DNA from: Candidatus Saccharibacteria bacterium QS_5_54_17
GTDB taxonomy: Bacteria > Patescibacteriota > Saccharimonadia > QS-5-54-17
DNA length: 48,501 nucleotides
NCBI GenBank assembly: GCA_003022365.1
Contig: PXOU01000011.1
Span: 1-48,501, forward strand
Direction: 5' to 3'
In this document: in pieces, positions 16,961 through 26,733 of the stretch
How positions within the stretch are numbered: position 1 is the stretch's first letter
Layout of the letters: each line of letters starts with the position of its first letter
Program-made: the position numbers and the translations under genes
Notes under the pieces: model-generated
What the model was told of the DNA's origin: nothing
What the model saw: only the letters and a program-made list of their open reading frames with translations
Databases searched by the model: none

Positions 16961-17284
16961 ATGGGTGAGGTGAGAACAGTTTTTTATGAAGTTGTGCAAC
17001 CTCCTACGTCAGGCGAGGTTCGCGATGAAGTGCTGGATGCGATCCGCAAAGCAACCGGACGACTTTGCCTAGTCATGATGCAAACGCGGGAAATACCCCC
17101 TACTCTTGCGCTTTCACCCGAAGAGGAAGAGGTATGTTTCCAAATAGGCCAAATTGATCATCCCCAAAGTGGAGAAGCCATGGCAGTAACGGGACAGGAT
17201 GACCAGGGCAATTCGGTTTCCGTGGAAACCTACGAACTTCCCGAAACGCCTGCTACCGCCAGCCGAGTGGTGACGGAAGAGTAA
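16961..17284 (+). CDS. Hypothetical protein, paralog B
   Basis: Clear homolog of 16188-16496. Confidence 0.8.
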   Translation: MGEVRTVFYEVVQPPTSGEVRDEVLDAIRKATGRLCLVMMQTREIPPTLALSPEEEEVCFQIGQIDHPQSGEAMAVTGQDDQGNSVSVETYELPETPATASRVVTEE

Positions 17285-17286
17285 TG

Positions 17287-17740
17287 CTACGAATCGATTT
17301 TTACTTCAAAAACATTTTTATCCAGCTGTTCGGCGCCTTGGCGTTGGTAGAATGCATGGGCCCCGGTTCGTTTCGGATCGGACATCCATACCAATCGCTG
17401 GATGCCGCGTTTCCGACACCATTCCAGTAATTCTTGCCATATGGCGTAGCCGGCGCCTTGGCCGCGCACGTGCTGACTGGTTACGAAATCCTGCAGCATT
17501 GCCCGGCTGCCAGTGAATCCGACCAATATATGTGCTATAGCCGCGCCTACGACCTCTTCACCCTGATAGGCAACGAACACACCGGTGTTTGATTGTTCTA
17601 TAAGAACTCGCAACCGTTCTTCCGGAATTGGTTCACCAGTTTTGCGTTCGCTTAAGTCCGGCATCAACCGGCCGATACCGGCCGCAACCTCCGGACTTAT
17701 ATTCCATCAGCACCTCTACTCGGAAATCTTGTGAGGCCAT
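17287..17740 (-). pseudogene. GNAT acetyltransferase with an apparent 1-nt frameshift near the 5' end
   Basis: VRGQGAG acetyl-CoA motif and AHAFYQRQG; removing one A at about 17697 joins MASQDFRVEVLMEY to SPEVAAGIGRLMPDLS. Confidence 0.7.
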
Positions 17741-17779
17741 ATATCGGTTATACCAAATTCGAAGCCTTTCGTCTGCACG

Positions 17780-18115
17780 AAATGATCCTAAAACGGATCC
17801 TGAAATAAATTCAGGATGACAGGGAGAGGAAGTAGGAAGTAAGAAGTAAGCAGCAATTGGGAGACGGGGAGTAGACGGTAGATAGCAGACAGTATACAGG
17901 GGATAAAGAACAAGGAACAGGAAGCAGGCAGTAAGAAGTGAGAAGCGAGTTGAAATAAAAAGAGTGTTATTCCTGCTTACCCTCTTTGTCATTCCGGCCG
18001 CCGAGCCGAATCCATTAGCCCGATATGATCCTGAAACAGATCCTGAAATAAATTCAGGATGACAGGTCTGGGGTGAACCTCCCCCTCTTTGTCATTCCGA
18101 ATTTAGTTCGGAATC
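17780..18115. repeat. REP-like cluster plus heptamer repeats
   Basis: Same unit families. Confidence 0.85.
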
Positions 18116-18133
18116 GTTTTCATGTTTCTTGGA

Positions 18134-18958
18134 TTAGACTCCGGCCATTTTGCCCAAGACCCAGTCGCGTAGCCGGCCGGGGATGGCAGTGGCTAGCCAC
18201 AGCATGGGCGCGTATGGCCAAAGGGGGCGTACGTAGCGGGTTTTGGGCTTGGTGGATTCCACCGCGTGTATAACCGCCCGAGTAACGCTGTCGGTCGGGT
18301 GTTGGGTGCGGGTGAGTGCCGCCTCGTACTTGGCGACCCGGTCCATGTCCGCCCCGAGGCGAGCATGTTCATCAAACCACTGGTACTTGGTCGCGTTCAT
18401 CCGTTCATTAAATCCGGTATTAATGGCGCCCGGCTCGATGACTGAGACTGAAATGCCGTGATGGGTGAGTTCTCCCCGGAAGGCGTCGCCGGCCGCCTCC
18501 AGGGCGAATTTGGTCATATGGTAAGCGCCGAAGTAGGGGAGGACCAATTTGCCCCCGACCGAGGATAAGATGATGATCCGGCCGCTGCCGCGTTCTAGCA
18601 TACCTTCGAGCACGTCCTGGGTCAGCTCGATCGCGTGGAATACGTTGGTGTCGAAGTTGTCGCGCAGCCGCTCCATGGGGAGCTCGGCCAGCGGACCCGA
18701 TTCGCCGATGGCGGCGTTGTTGATCAGCACGTCGGGCGCGAAGTCCACTGCTTTCTGATGGTCTGCTTGATCGCGCAGGTCCAACCGCTCCACGCGCATC
18801 TGGCGTCCGTTAGTTTCGGCTTTCCGGGCGAGTTCCCCGGCTTGTTCGTCCGTTTCCGTAGTAGCGAACACCTCATGACCCCGGTCGGCCAGCGCGAACG
18901 CGCTGTCACGCCCTATGCCTTGCCTGGCACCCGTAACTAATATTTTTTGCTCTTTCAT
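18134..18958 (-). CDS. Short-chain dehydrogenase/reductase
   Basis: TGARQGIG, NNAAI and YHMTK motifs. Confidence 0.93.
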   Translation of the reverse strand: MKEQKILVTGARQGIGRDSAFALADRGHEVFATTETDEQAGELARKAETNGRQMRVERLDLRDQADHQKAVDFAPDVLINNAAIGESGPLAELPMERLRDNFDTNVFHAIELTQDVLEGMLERGSGRIIILSSVGGKLVLPYFGAYHMTKFALEAAGDAFRGELTHHGISVSVIEPGAINTGFNERMNATKYQWFDEHARLGADMDRVAKYEAALTRTQHPTDSVTRAVIHAVESTKPKTRYVRPLWPYAPMLWLATAIPGRLRDWVLGKMAGV

Positions 18959-19012
18959 GCCGGGTATTTTAACAGGCTGTCCTAGTTAGCGCAGTTTCGC
19001 GTGTTCATGGTG

Positions 19013-19669
19013 CTACTGGCGATCCGTTTTACCTGCCATTTCCACGATATCTCCAGGAGAGGCATGAACCAGCGTGGCCGGTGTGTCAGTCGTATGGTTG
19101 GCGAGCGCCTGATCGACGATGTAGGTGCCGACCCGGTAGCCGATCCAACGCCTGTCATCGGAGCTGAAGAAAAACCAGCTGCCGTAATCGAAGTCCGTTT
19201 CGTCTTTATGGGCGAGCAGCTCCTCCGTCCATTCCTGGATCGGCACCCGTGAGTAATCACTCCACAAAGGCGGATGCTCCGCGTAGTCGCGTTCGAATAC
19301 GGAAGCCAATCCTTCCATGACCGCGTTACCCAGTAATGATTCTTCTTCGGGATATTTTTTGTATCGGGCGCAATGGTGGGCTTCGTGGAAAACCGTGGCG
19401 TATACGTGCCTATCAACCACCCAGTCTATTCCTTTTTCGAAATCGGGATTGATGTTCAGGTTCAACAGATCCTTATGGACTGCCATCGCCGCCTCTCCCG
19501 TTTCGGGAATCACTCTATCACTGGGTTGCACGGTGATATTCAATTGCTCTGAAAGCATGGGGAGTAAATGCTTGGCTTCCCCGTATGCGTTTTCAGTGAT
19601 TTTTGCTATTTTAGCTTGTTCGTTTTGACTGAACTGATATTCTTCCGTATTAAGGAAATGGAGGTGCAT
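19013..19669 (-). CDS. DUF2268-like putative Zn-dependent protease
   Basis: HEAHH, EGLA and IGYRVG motifs. Confidence 0.8.
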   Translation of the reverse strand: MHLHFLNTEEYQFSQNEQAKIAKITENAYGEAKHLLPMLSEQLNITVQPSDRVIPETGEAAMAVHKDLLNLNINPDFEKGIDWVVDRHVYATVFHEAHHCARYKKYPEEESLLGNAVMEGLASVFERDYAEHPPLWSDYSRVPIQEWTEELLAHKDETDFDYGSWFFFSSDDRRWIGYRVGTYIVDQALANHTTDTPATLVHASPGDIVEMAGKTDRQ

Positions 19670-19991
19670 ATGAGCCTCTCTTTCGTTTTATGGTTATGTA
19701 GTCGCGAGAAAATCAGGACTTACGCGCTTGGATGAAGCGCAAGGCAGCAGCGAAGGGCGAACGGAGGCGTACCCAGAAGTACGTCGAACGGAGCAATGGA
19801 GCTGCTAACGCAGCGATTCGCCAAGAACACCAGCCTGCCTGATGGCTTTGCCAGCAGACAGACTGGTGTGGCGCCTAAGTCCTGAGAATCTATACACGAG
19901 TGCTCATGATCTCCGCTCCGTTCCGTTGCATTGTAACACGATAAAAGGCAGCATTGACCGATAGTACTGGGCGCTGCTAGACTCAAGGGAA

Positions 19992-21266
19992 ATGGCCAAC
20001 GACAAAGATTACGAGATGTTCCAGCTTTCCAACGGCTTGGACGTGCTGCTGGTGCCGAATCGGTACGTGGAATCCGTGTACGTCTGCCTGAAGGGCAAAG
20101 TCGGCCGGCGGGCGGAGCGTGATGATGAAGTCGGGGCGGCGCATTTTCTGGAACACTTGTTTTTCGACGGCACCCAAAAACGGCCCAGCGCGTTGGAGAT
20201 CAATCGTTTCATCGAATCGGTCGGCGGCAGCAGGCAGGGGTTTACTACCCCCGAAGAAGTCGGTTATGAGAGTCGGGTTATCAAAGACAATGCCGAGTAT
20301 ATGTTCGACTTTATCTCCGATATTTTTCAAAATTCATTACTTGAAGAGTTTGAAAAAGAAAGAAAAGTAATCGCCCAGGAGGCTGCCGCAGACCGGGATG
20401 ACCCGTTTGGCTCTTTGATGAGGCAACGTACCAAAACCATGTTTCCTCGTCAGAATGTCGGACGAACTATCTTCGATGAAGAAACAAACCTTCCGAACAT
20501 GACTCCGGATATTCTGCGGCAGTATCATCAGCGCACCTATACGGCCAACAATTTCGTTTTGGCTGTAGCGGGCAACATCGAAACGGAAGAAGCTCACGCA
20601 CTTGCCGAAAAATACTTTTCCTCCATTGCGCGTGGAGAATCTGTTCATCCGACATTGGCAGAAACCCGGGGCGAGAAAGTGATTGATATTGAAAATAGAG
20701 ATACGAGTCAATCCAAGCTGGCCATAAGTTTTACGGGGTTACCCTTAAATCACGATATGCAACCGGCGATGCATATAATGCGGAATCTATTAGGCATGGG
20801 TTCGTCTTCCAGGCTGTATAATAGGTTGCGACATGAGATGAATATTGCCTATTTTACAGGGATACGCACACTTGATCTTGCCGATGCCGGTGTCTTTACG
20901 ATCCTGACATTCGTAGACGAAACCAATCTGCAAACCGCCTGTGACGCCATCATTGAGGAGATACAGAAACTGTTGGATGAGGGAGTAACGGATCAAGAAC
21001 TGGAGCGGGCAAAAAATATGTACCTTTCAGATGTCACATTTAAATCGGATGATCCAGACTATGTTGTGAATAATTACACAAGCCAACACGTGTTGACTGG
21101 CCGCATAACAAGTACCAGTGAAAAAATAGAAAACGCCCGCAATGTCGGCCAAGCGGATGTCATGAAAATCGCCCGAGAGATATTTGCTGACCAGCCGAAA
21201 GTGAATGTCATCACGCCTACCGCGGGCGAAATCACCATACCGGAAATCAGCGTTCATAGGCAGTAA
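19992..21266 (+). CDS. M16 family (pitrilysin-like) peptidase
   Basis: GAAHFLEHLFF inverted zinc motif; SSRLYNRLR. Confidence 0.93.
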   Translation: MANDKDYEMFQLSNGLDVLLVPNRYVESVYVCLKGKVGRRAERDDEVGAAHFLEHLFFDGTQKRPSALEINRFIESVGGSRQGFTTPEEVGYESRVIKDNAEYMFDFISDIFQNSLLEEFEKERKVIAQEAAADRDDPFGSLMRQRTKTMFPRQNVGRTIFDEETNLPNMTPDILRQYHQRTYTANNFVLAVAGNIETEEAHALAEKYFSSIARGESVHPTLAETRGEKVIDIENRDTSQSKLAISFTGLPLNHDMQPAMHIMRNLLGMGSSSRLYNRLRHEMNIAYFTGIRTLDLADAGVFTILTFVDETNLQTACDAIIEEIQKLLDEGVTDQELERAKNMYLSDVTFKSDDPDYVVNNYTSQHVLTGRITSTSEKIENARNVGQADVMKIAREIFADQPKVNVITPTAGEITIPEISVHRQ

Positions 21267-21334
21267 AAGCCCGGGTATAAGCAAATTTATAATCGACACT
21301 CATCGGTTATACGACGCTTTATGACCGAAACACC

Positions 21335-21510
21335 AGATCCTGAAATAAATTCAGGATGACAAAAAAGTGTGTCACTGCGAACCTGCCTTGCCGGTAGGCA
21401 GGCTTGTTTCGGAATCTAATTCTGCAACAGGGTAACGATCCCGGATCACTTCGACCTTGTCCGCCTAAGGCAGACAGGCTCAGTGCGGGCGGGGTCCGGG
21501 ATGACAGCCA
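21335..21510. repeat. REP-like cluster
   Basis: Same unit families. Confidence 0.85.
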
Positions 21511-21622
21511 ATCTATTACACTACGTTTCATGACTGAATACACCCTTTCTAGTCGGGTGTTCGGATCACAAATAGAACTTACGATGCAACCTCGAAACCC
21601 GGCTATCTGTTACACTGTAGGC

Positions 21623-21826
21623 ATGAAGGAATATGCGGCGATCGTGACCAGAGAAGAAGCGTGGTATGTAGCACTCAACCCTGATACCGGAGTGGCGAGC
21701 CAGGGAGCGTCGGTGGAAAATGCGTTGGAAAACCTGGAAGAAGCACTCTCCCTCTATTTGGAAGAAACGGATGATGATCAGCCGGAATCAACGGGCCCGT
21801 CCTTACTGACCACGGTCAAGGTCTGA
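21623..21826 (+). CDS. hicB: HicB-like antitoxin (orphan)
   Basis: YVA..GVASQGASVENALENLEEALSLYLE motif. Confidence 0.85.
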   Translation: MKEYAAIVTREEAWYVALNPDTGVASQGASVENALENLEEALSLYLEETDDDQPESTGPSLLTTVKV

Positions 21827-21834
21827 TGAGAACG

Positions 21835-22010
21835 CCAGATCCTGAAATAGATCCTGAAACGGATCCTGAAATAAATTCAGGATGACGTCTTCAGGATGAC
21901 AGAAAATTTGTTATTACGAGGCCACCCTCTTTGTCATTCCGGCCGCCGAGCCGGAATCCATTAAGCCGATATGGTTCTGGGACGGATCCTGAAACAAGTT
22001 CAGGATGACA
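21835..22010. repeat. REP-like cluster
   Basis: Same unit families. Confidence 0.85.
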
Positions 22011-22029
22011 TCTGCTATACTGACGGGTA

Positions 22030-23868
22030 ATGAGCAGTAAAGAGAAAAACGCGGACCAGCTGCACGCCATGCGCCATTCGCTGGCGCATATCATGGCCGC
22101 GGCCATTCAAAAATTGTGGCCGGAGGCCAAGTTCGGCGTGGGTCCGGTAACCGAGACGGGATTTTATTACGACGTGGATTTAGGCGAGGCCACGCTGACT
22201 CCGGAAGATTTACCCAAAATCGAAGCAGAGATGCGGAAAATTATCGAGGCCGACCTGCCGCTGGAGCAGTTCGATCTGCCCATAGCGGAAGCGATCGAGC
22301 GGGAGAAGCAAGCCGGGCAGGATTACAAAGTTGCCTTACTCCAAGATTTGCAAAATAAGGGGACGACCGCGGCCGAAGAAGTGGAAGCAAGTAGTCTCGG
22401 AGTTGATGAGGAGAACAAAGAACAGGGTCCGGAATCCGTCTCCTATTACCAACTGGGCGATTTCGTGGATCTCTGCCGCGGGCCGCACGTGGAATCGACC
22501 GGCCAAGTCGGTGCCTTTAAATTACACCAACTGGCCGGTGCCTATTGGCGCGGAGATGAAAACAACCCGATGTTGCAGCGTGTGTACGGTGTAGCTTTTC
22601 CCACGCAAGAAGAGGTGGACGAATATTTTGAACTACTGGAAGAAGCCAAAAAACGTGACCACAAGAAGCTTGGGAAAGATATGGAATTGTTCTTTTTCGA
22701 TGAAACTGCTCCCGGCATGGCGTATTGGCTACCCAAAGGTTTGGGCATGAAGAATTTGCTTATCGAGTATTGGCGCCAATACCACAAGGAAAGGGGGTAT
22801 ATGGAAACACAAACACCCCTTTTAAACAAAAAAGAACTTTGGGAAACATCCGGGCATTGGCAACATTATCAGGACGATATGTTCACTACCCAAACCCATG
22901 ACGGCGAAGTGTGGGGCTTGAAGCCCATGAACTGTCCGAACGCTATGACAATTTTTAAATCTCGGACCCGGAGCTATCGAGACTTACCGTTAAGACTGTC
23001 GGATGCGGATACATTACACAGGAATGAACCGTCCGGAACTTTGAACGGATTGTTACGGATTAGGAGTTTTCAGCAGGATGATTCGCATAATTTCGTAACC
23101 GAGGACCAGGTGCAAGCAGAAGTGCGCAACATCGTTGCCATTATTAAGGATTTTTACAAGGCCTTCGGATTACTTGATGGAGTAAAACTTAAGCTGGCTA
23201 CTCGCCCGGAAGACTATATGGGCGATAAAGCAACCTGGGAGCGTGCAGAAAGCGAACTTCGATCAGTATTGGAAGAGTCGGGCATGGAATACGGGGTCAT
23301 GGAGGGAGACGGTGCTTTCTATGGGCCAAAGATCGATATTTACTTGATGGACGCACTAAAACGTGAATGGCAATGCGGTACGGTGCAGCTTGACTTTCAA
23401 CAACCCAGAAATTTTGATTTGACGTATACTTCAGAAGATGGAAGTTTAAAGCAGCCGATAGTTATTCACAGAGTGATATACGGATCATTGGAACGATTTA
23501 TCGGCATCATAACCGAACACTTCAATGGTCGTTTTCCGTTCTGGTTTGCGCCCGAACAAGTACGCATCCTGACCATCAATGATCAAGTGTTGAGTTATGT
23601 TGCAAAAATTACAAACGAACTGTCCGCCACTGTTTTGATGGAACCCGTAAAGTATAATGAAGTACGATTTACAACGGATGACCGCAATGAATCACTCGGC
23701 AAAAAGATCCGGGAGGCCGAGACCGCCAAGGTGCCGGTGATGCTGATTGTGGGCCCCAAGGACGAGCAGGCCGGCCTAGTCAGCGTGCGCACCCGCGACG
23801 GCGAGCAAAAAGTAAAGCTGGAAGAGCTGCCTGAGTTTTTGCAAAACCAAGGGAGCGATGAAGCATAA
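22030..23868 (+). CDS. thrS: Threonine--tRNA ligase
   Basis: RHSLAH, DLCRGPH, KPMNCP, GAFYGPKID and HRVIYGSLERF motifs. Confidence 0.98.
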   Translation: MSSKEKNADQLHAMRHSLAHIMAAAIQKLWPEAKFGVGPVTETGFYYDVDLGEATLTPEDLPKIEAEMRKIIEADLPLEQFDLPIAEAIEREKQAGQDYKVALLQDLQNKGTTAAEEVEASSLGVDEENKEQGPESVSYYQLGDFVDLCRGPHVESTGQVGAFKLHQLAGAYWRGDENNPMLQRVYGVAFPTQEEVDEYFELLEEAKKRDHKKLGKDMELFFFDETAPGMAYWLPKGLGMKNLLIEYWRQYHKERGYMETQTPLLNKKELWETSGHWQHYQDDMFTTQTHDGEVWGLKPMNCPNAMTIFKSRTRSYRDLPLRLSDADTLHRNEPSGTLNGLLRIRSFQQDDSHNFVTEDQVQAEVRNIVAIIKDFYKAFGLLDGVKLKLATRPEDYMGDKATWERAESELRSVLEESGMEYGVMEGDGAFYGPKIDIYLMDALKREWQCGTVQLDFQQPRNFDLTYTSEDGSLKQPIVIHRVIYGSLERFIGIITEHFNGRFPFWFAPEQVRILTINDQVLSYVAKITNELSATVLMEPVKYNEVRFTTDDRNESLGKKIREAETAKVPVMLIVGPKDEQAGLVSVRTRDGEQKVKLEELPEFLQNQGSDEA

Positions 23869-24457
23869 GTACAGCCAGGAATTCCGGACGCTCATAAGTT
23901 CGGGGGATTCGTTGCACGATTTGCTTACCAACAGTTCGTTTTCCGGAACGTTCGAAGCTTGGGAACAACGAAAAGCGTTCATTGCCAACGCTATTGACAA
24001 ATCCGGCACGTTCCTGGATATCGGCAGCGGTAATGGCTTCTTGCTGCGCTGTTTACAGGAGTGGGCGGATTACGACATTACGCCCTACGGCATCGATATC
24101 AACGAGGAATATATTCGGAAAGCCAAGGAGTTGTTTCCCAACCAAGCGGACAATTTCGCCGCGGTTAACATCAGAGAAATCAGTCGTATCGGCGAATATC
24201 TGCCGGATGTATACGATTTCGTCTACTTCAGTGCTGATTGGTCGCAAACCGAGCCGAACGAAACTGACGCACGGTTAATCAAATCATTGGAGCAGCTGGT
24301 AGCTTCCGGGGGACGTTTGATCATCGGATTTTACGGAGATGATGTAGCTGTTAATCAGCAGAATGTGAATGCGCTCGTCTCAGCCGGCGCGCGACTGGAC
24401 CAGACACTTTACAATCCCGAGGGCACTAATCTGGTTACCGTCACAGGGGTAGAATAA
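23858..24457 (+). CDS. Class I SAM-dependent methyltransferase
   Basis: FLDIGSGNG, YGIDIN. Confidence 0.88.
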   Translation: MKHKYSQEFRTLISSGDSLHDLLTNSSFSGTFEAWEQRKAFIANAIDKSGTFLDIGSGNGFLLRCLQEWADYDITPYGIDINEEYIRKAKELFPNQADNFAAVNIREISRIGEYLPDVYDFVYFSADWSQTEPNETDARLIKSLEQLVASGGRLIIGFYGDDVAVNQQNVNALVSAGARLDQTLYNPEGTNLVTVTGVE

Positions 24458-24496
24458 CAGTATGCGCTCCCGTTATAATCAGGGCAAGAGGTAAAC

Positions 24497-25330
24497 ATGG
24501 GTGAGTTTCCCAAAGAGCCAACGGAAAGCGAATCCGGCCAGGAAATCAGGCAGGAGCTGAATGAGATGCTTGAATCCGCGGATGGTTCGTGGAGCGTGTA
24601 TGTACGATCATTCGACCAAGAAGAAGCCGCCTTCGAGTATGGGCGCGACAAAGTATTTTACGCGGCCAGCATTAACAAACTTCCCATCGCCTTATATGCG
24701 CTTTCCCAAGTAGAAGAGGGAAAGATAGGCCTGAGTGATAAACTGGAGGTAACCGAGGAAGTAAAACGCCCGGGTACTGGCATTTTACGGTTATTGCACG
24801 AAGGTTTGGACGTGACCGTGGAAGACGCGTTGACGCTGATGATGGCCGTTTCAGATAACACGGCCGCCAAGCTGATGGTGCGTAAAGCCGGCCCGGAAAA
24901 CATAAACCAATACTTGGAAGCTTCAGGGTTGGCGGACACGCGGCTGGAAGTACTGCCGGAAGGCAAGTTTTCTTACGGCTATACGACGGCCAAGGAGTCC
25001 GCGCAATTGCTGCGAGGGATCCATAATGCCGAATACGTTTCCCCGGAAGCTTCCCGGAAATTGCTCGGTATGATGGGGAGGAATCATTTCAGTCACGGAG
25101 TGCGCAGATATTTACCCAAAGACCTTAAAATCGCCAACAAAGAAGGCAGCTTGGAAGATAACCGTCATGAAATCGCCGCGGTTATGGCTGAACGTCCATA
25201 TGCCATATGCGTGTTCGCGGATGAGCTGGCCGACCAGTCATATCATGTCGATAATGCCGGTGTGCTGCAACGGGCGCGGATAGCCGAAAAAGTTCACGCT
25301 TTAATGCAAGAGAATGGAGAGAATACGTGA
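24497..25330 (+). CDS. Serine hydrolase, class A beta-lactamase/PBP-A-like fold
   Basis: SxxK (SINK), SDN and KEG motifs; no signal peptide. Confidence 0.85.
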   Translation: MGEFPKEPTESESGQEIRQELNEMLESADGSWSVYVRSFDQEEAAFEYGRDKVFYAASINKLPIALYALSQVEEGKIGLSDKLEVTEEVKRPGTGILRLLHEGLDVTVEDALTLMMAVSDNTAAKLMVRKAGPENINQYLEASGLADTRLEVLPEGKFSYGYTTAKESAQLLRGIHNAEYVSPEASRKLLGMMGRNHFSHGVRRYLPKDLKIANKEGSLEDNRHEIAAVMAERPYAICVFADELADQSYHVDNAGVLQRARIAEKVHALMQENGENT

Positions 25331-25860
25331 AAAGTGATAACTACTTCCAACACGATTCCGGCGGTCTGTACCACCTTTCTGCCGGTGCGCTGGTATATGA
25401 CAACCAAGGACAGATACTGATGCACGTGTTCAGCAAAAATGTGGAACGCAATCCGTTCGACAGCGATATTTACACGCTTATCAGGGAGACCATCGAACCG
25501 AATGAGCCGATAGAAGACGCTATACATCGCGGGATAAAGGAGGAAACAGGAAGTGAAACGGAATTGGTTGATTACCTTGGGGCTATTACAGGCAAAGCAC
25601 GCAATTTTTCAAGTGGTGTTAGCTTTGAAAAAACCACGCTTTACTTTGCCGCTCGGCTTATTGATTGGCAGCCCGACCAGCGCGACCAGCATGACGAAGA
25701 GATAGACAGTGATTTGCGGTGGTATGAACCGGAAAAACTGATTCCTCTTATAAAGGAGCAGAGGGAAATAACCGGTTCTGATGATTTGGACGAATCACTC
25801 ATCGTGGAACGATTTTTAGATATGGAAGCATCTTCTAATAGCAATAATACAAACCCGTAA
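25327..25860 (+). CDS. NUDIX hydrolase (divergent box)
   Basis: SAGALV; ETIEPNEPIEDAIHRGIKEETG. Confidence 0.75.
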   Translation: MKSDNYFQHDSGGLYHLSAGALVYDNQGQILMHVFSKNVERNPFDSDIYTLIRETIEPNEPIEDAIHRGIKEETGSETELVDYLGAITGKARNFSSGVSFEKTTLYFAARLIDWQPDQRDQHDEEIDSDLRWYEPEKLIPLIKEQREITGSDDLDESLIVERFLDMEASSNSNNTNP

Positions 25861-25865
25861 CGTAC

Positions 25866-26258
25866 ATGAAACTTACTGATGACTTTAAACAAGCGGTGTT
25901 TGAAGTGGTGCGGCAGATTCCCCAGGGCCGGGTGATGACCTACGGCGACGTGGCGGTGGCGGCCGGTGCGCCCGGGGCGGCGTGGGAAGTCGGGCAAATC
26001 GCCCACTGGGCGCCGTGCCGTGACTGGGAAACATGCGATTCAAGGATGGAAACGACTGGCACGCTATCGCCCGATGTGCCATTGGCGGATATCTGCCCAG
26101 CCTGTGATTTACCGTGGCAACGGGTGGTCAATAAACAGGGCGGCTTAGCCCGCGGTTATCCTTACGGCGGACTGGATGGCCACAAACGTGAGCTGGAGTC
26201 AGAAGGTGTAACGGTGGGTGAGGAGTATAAAGTCGATATTAATAACCTGATGTGGTGA
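25866..26258 (+). CDS. Alkyltransferase-like (ATL/MGMT family) protein with a Cys-rich insertion
   Basis: IPQGRVMTYGDVA, PWQRVV and LESEGV motifs. Confidence 0.88.
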   Translation: MKLTDDFKQAVFEVVRQIPQGRVMTYGDVAVAAGAPGAAWEVGQIAHWAPCRDWETCDSRMETTGTLSPDVPLADICPACDLPWQRVVNKQGGLARGYPYGGLDGHKRELESEGVTVGEEYKVDINNLMW

Positions 26259-26260
26259 CC

Positions 26261-26309
26261 GGGACAGGAGGCTGGAGACGGTAGACTGGAGTCAGGAGAC
26301 AGGGAACAG
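26261..26309 (+). repeat. Heptamer tandem repeat upstream of the four-helix-bundle gene
   Basis: gggacag gaggctg gagacgg tagactg gagtcag gagacag ggaacag. Confidence 0.8.
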
Positions 26310-26366
26310 ACAGATTGAATTCAATATCTGATAGTGTATTCTAAAGTCAGTAATAGGAGCCGGTAA

Positions 26367-26729
26367 TTGGCGGTACAAAAGTTTACGGATTTGAATGCGT
26401 GGCAGGAAAGTCACAATTTAGCTCTGAACATATATCGGATTACTGATTTGTTTCCGAAAAAGGAGACGTTTGGTTTATCAAGTCAAATGCAAAGATGCGC
26501 CGTTTCAGTGTCTTCTAATATCGCGGAAGGATTCAATCGTTTTTCCAAAAAAGAAAAGGCTCAATTTTACAGTATCGCGCTTGGATCAGTATCTGAGCTG
26601 CAAAGCCAGCTTTTATTGGCGAAAGATTTGAATTATGCTTCCCAAGAAGATTGCAACCAGTTGTTGGGTGACATAGAAACAGTACGGAAACTCATCACTG
26701 GTTTAAGCAAGAGCTCTAAACATCAATAA
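26367..26729 (+). CDS. Four-helix bundle protein (23S rRNA IVP/bAvd-like family)
   Basis: FTDLNAWQ, FPKKETFGLSSQMQRCAVSVSSNIAEG, IALGSVSE; TTG start with GGAG RBS. Confidence 0.93.
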   Translation: MAVQKFTDLNAWQESHNLALNIYRITDLFPKKETFGLSSQMQRCAVSVSSNIAEGFNRFSKKEKAQFYSIALGSVSELQSQLLLAKDLNYASQEDCNQLLGDIETVRKLITGLSKSSKHQ

Positions 26730-26733
26730 ACTT

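Noticed and set aside
24497-25330. Possible beta-lactam resistance gene
   Set aside because: No signal peptide and no obvious Glu166-equivalent in the omega loop; more likely a PBP-like serine hydrolase
26367-26729. Diversity-generating retroelement (Avd-like gene)
   Set aside because: No reverse transcriptase and no TR/VR pair with adenine-specific differences seen in the window
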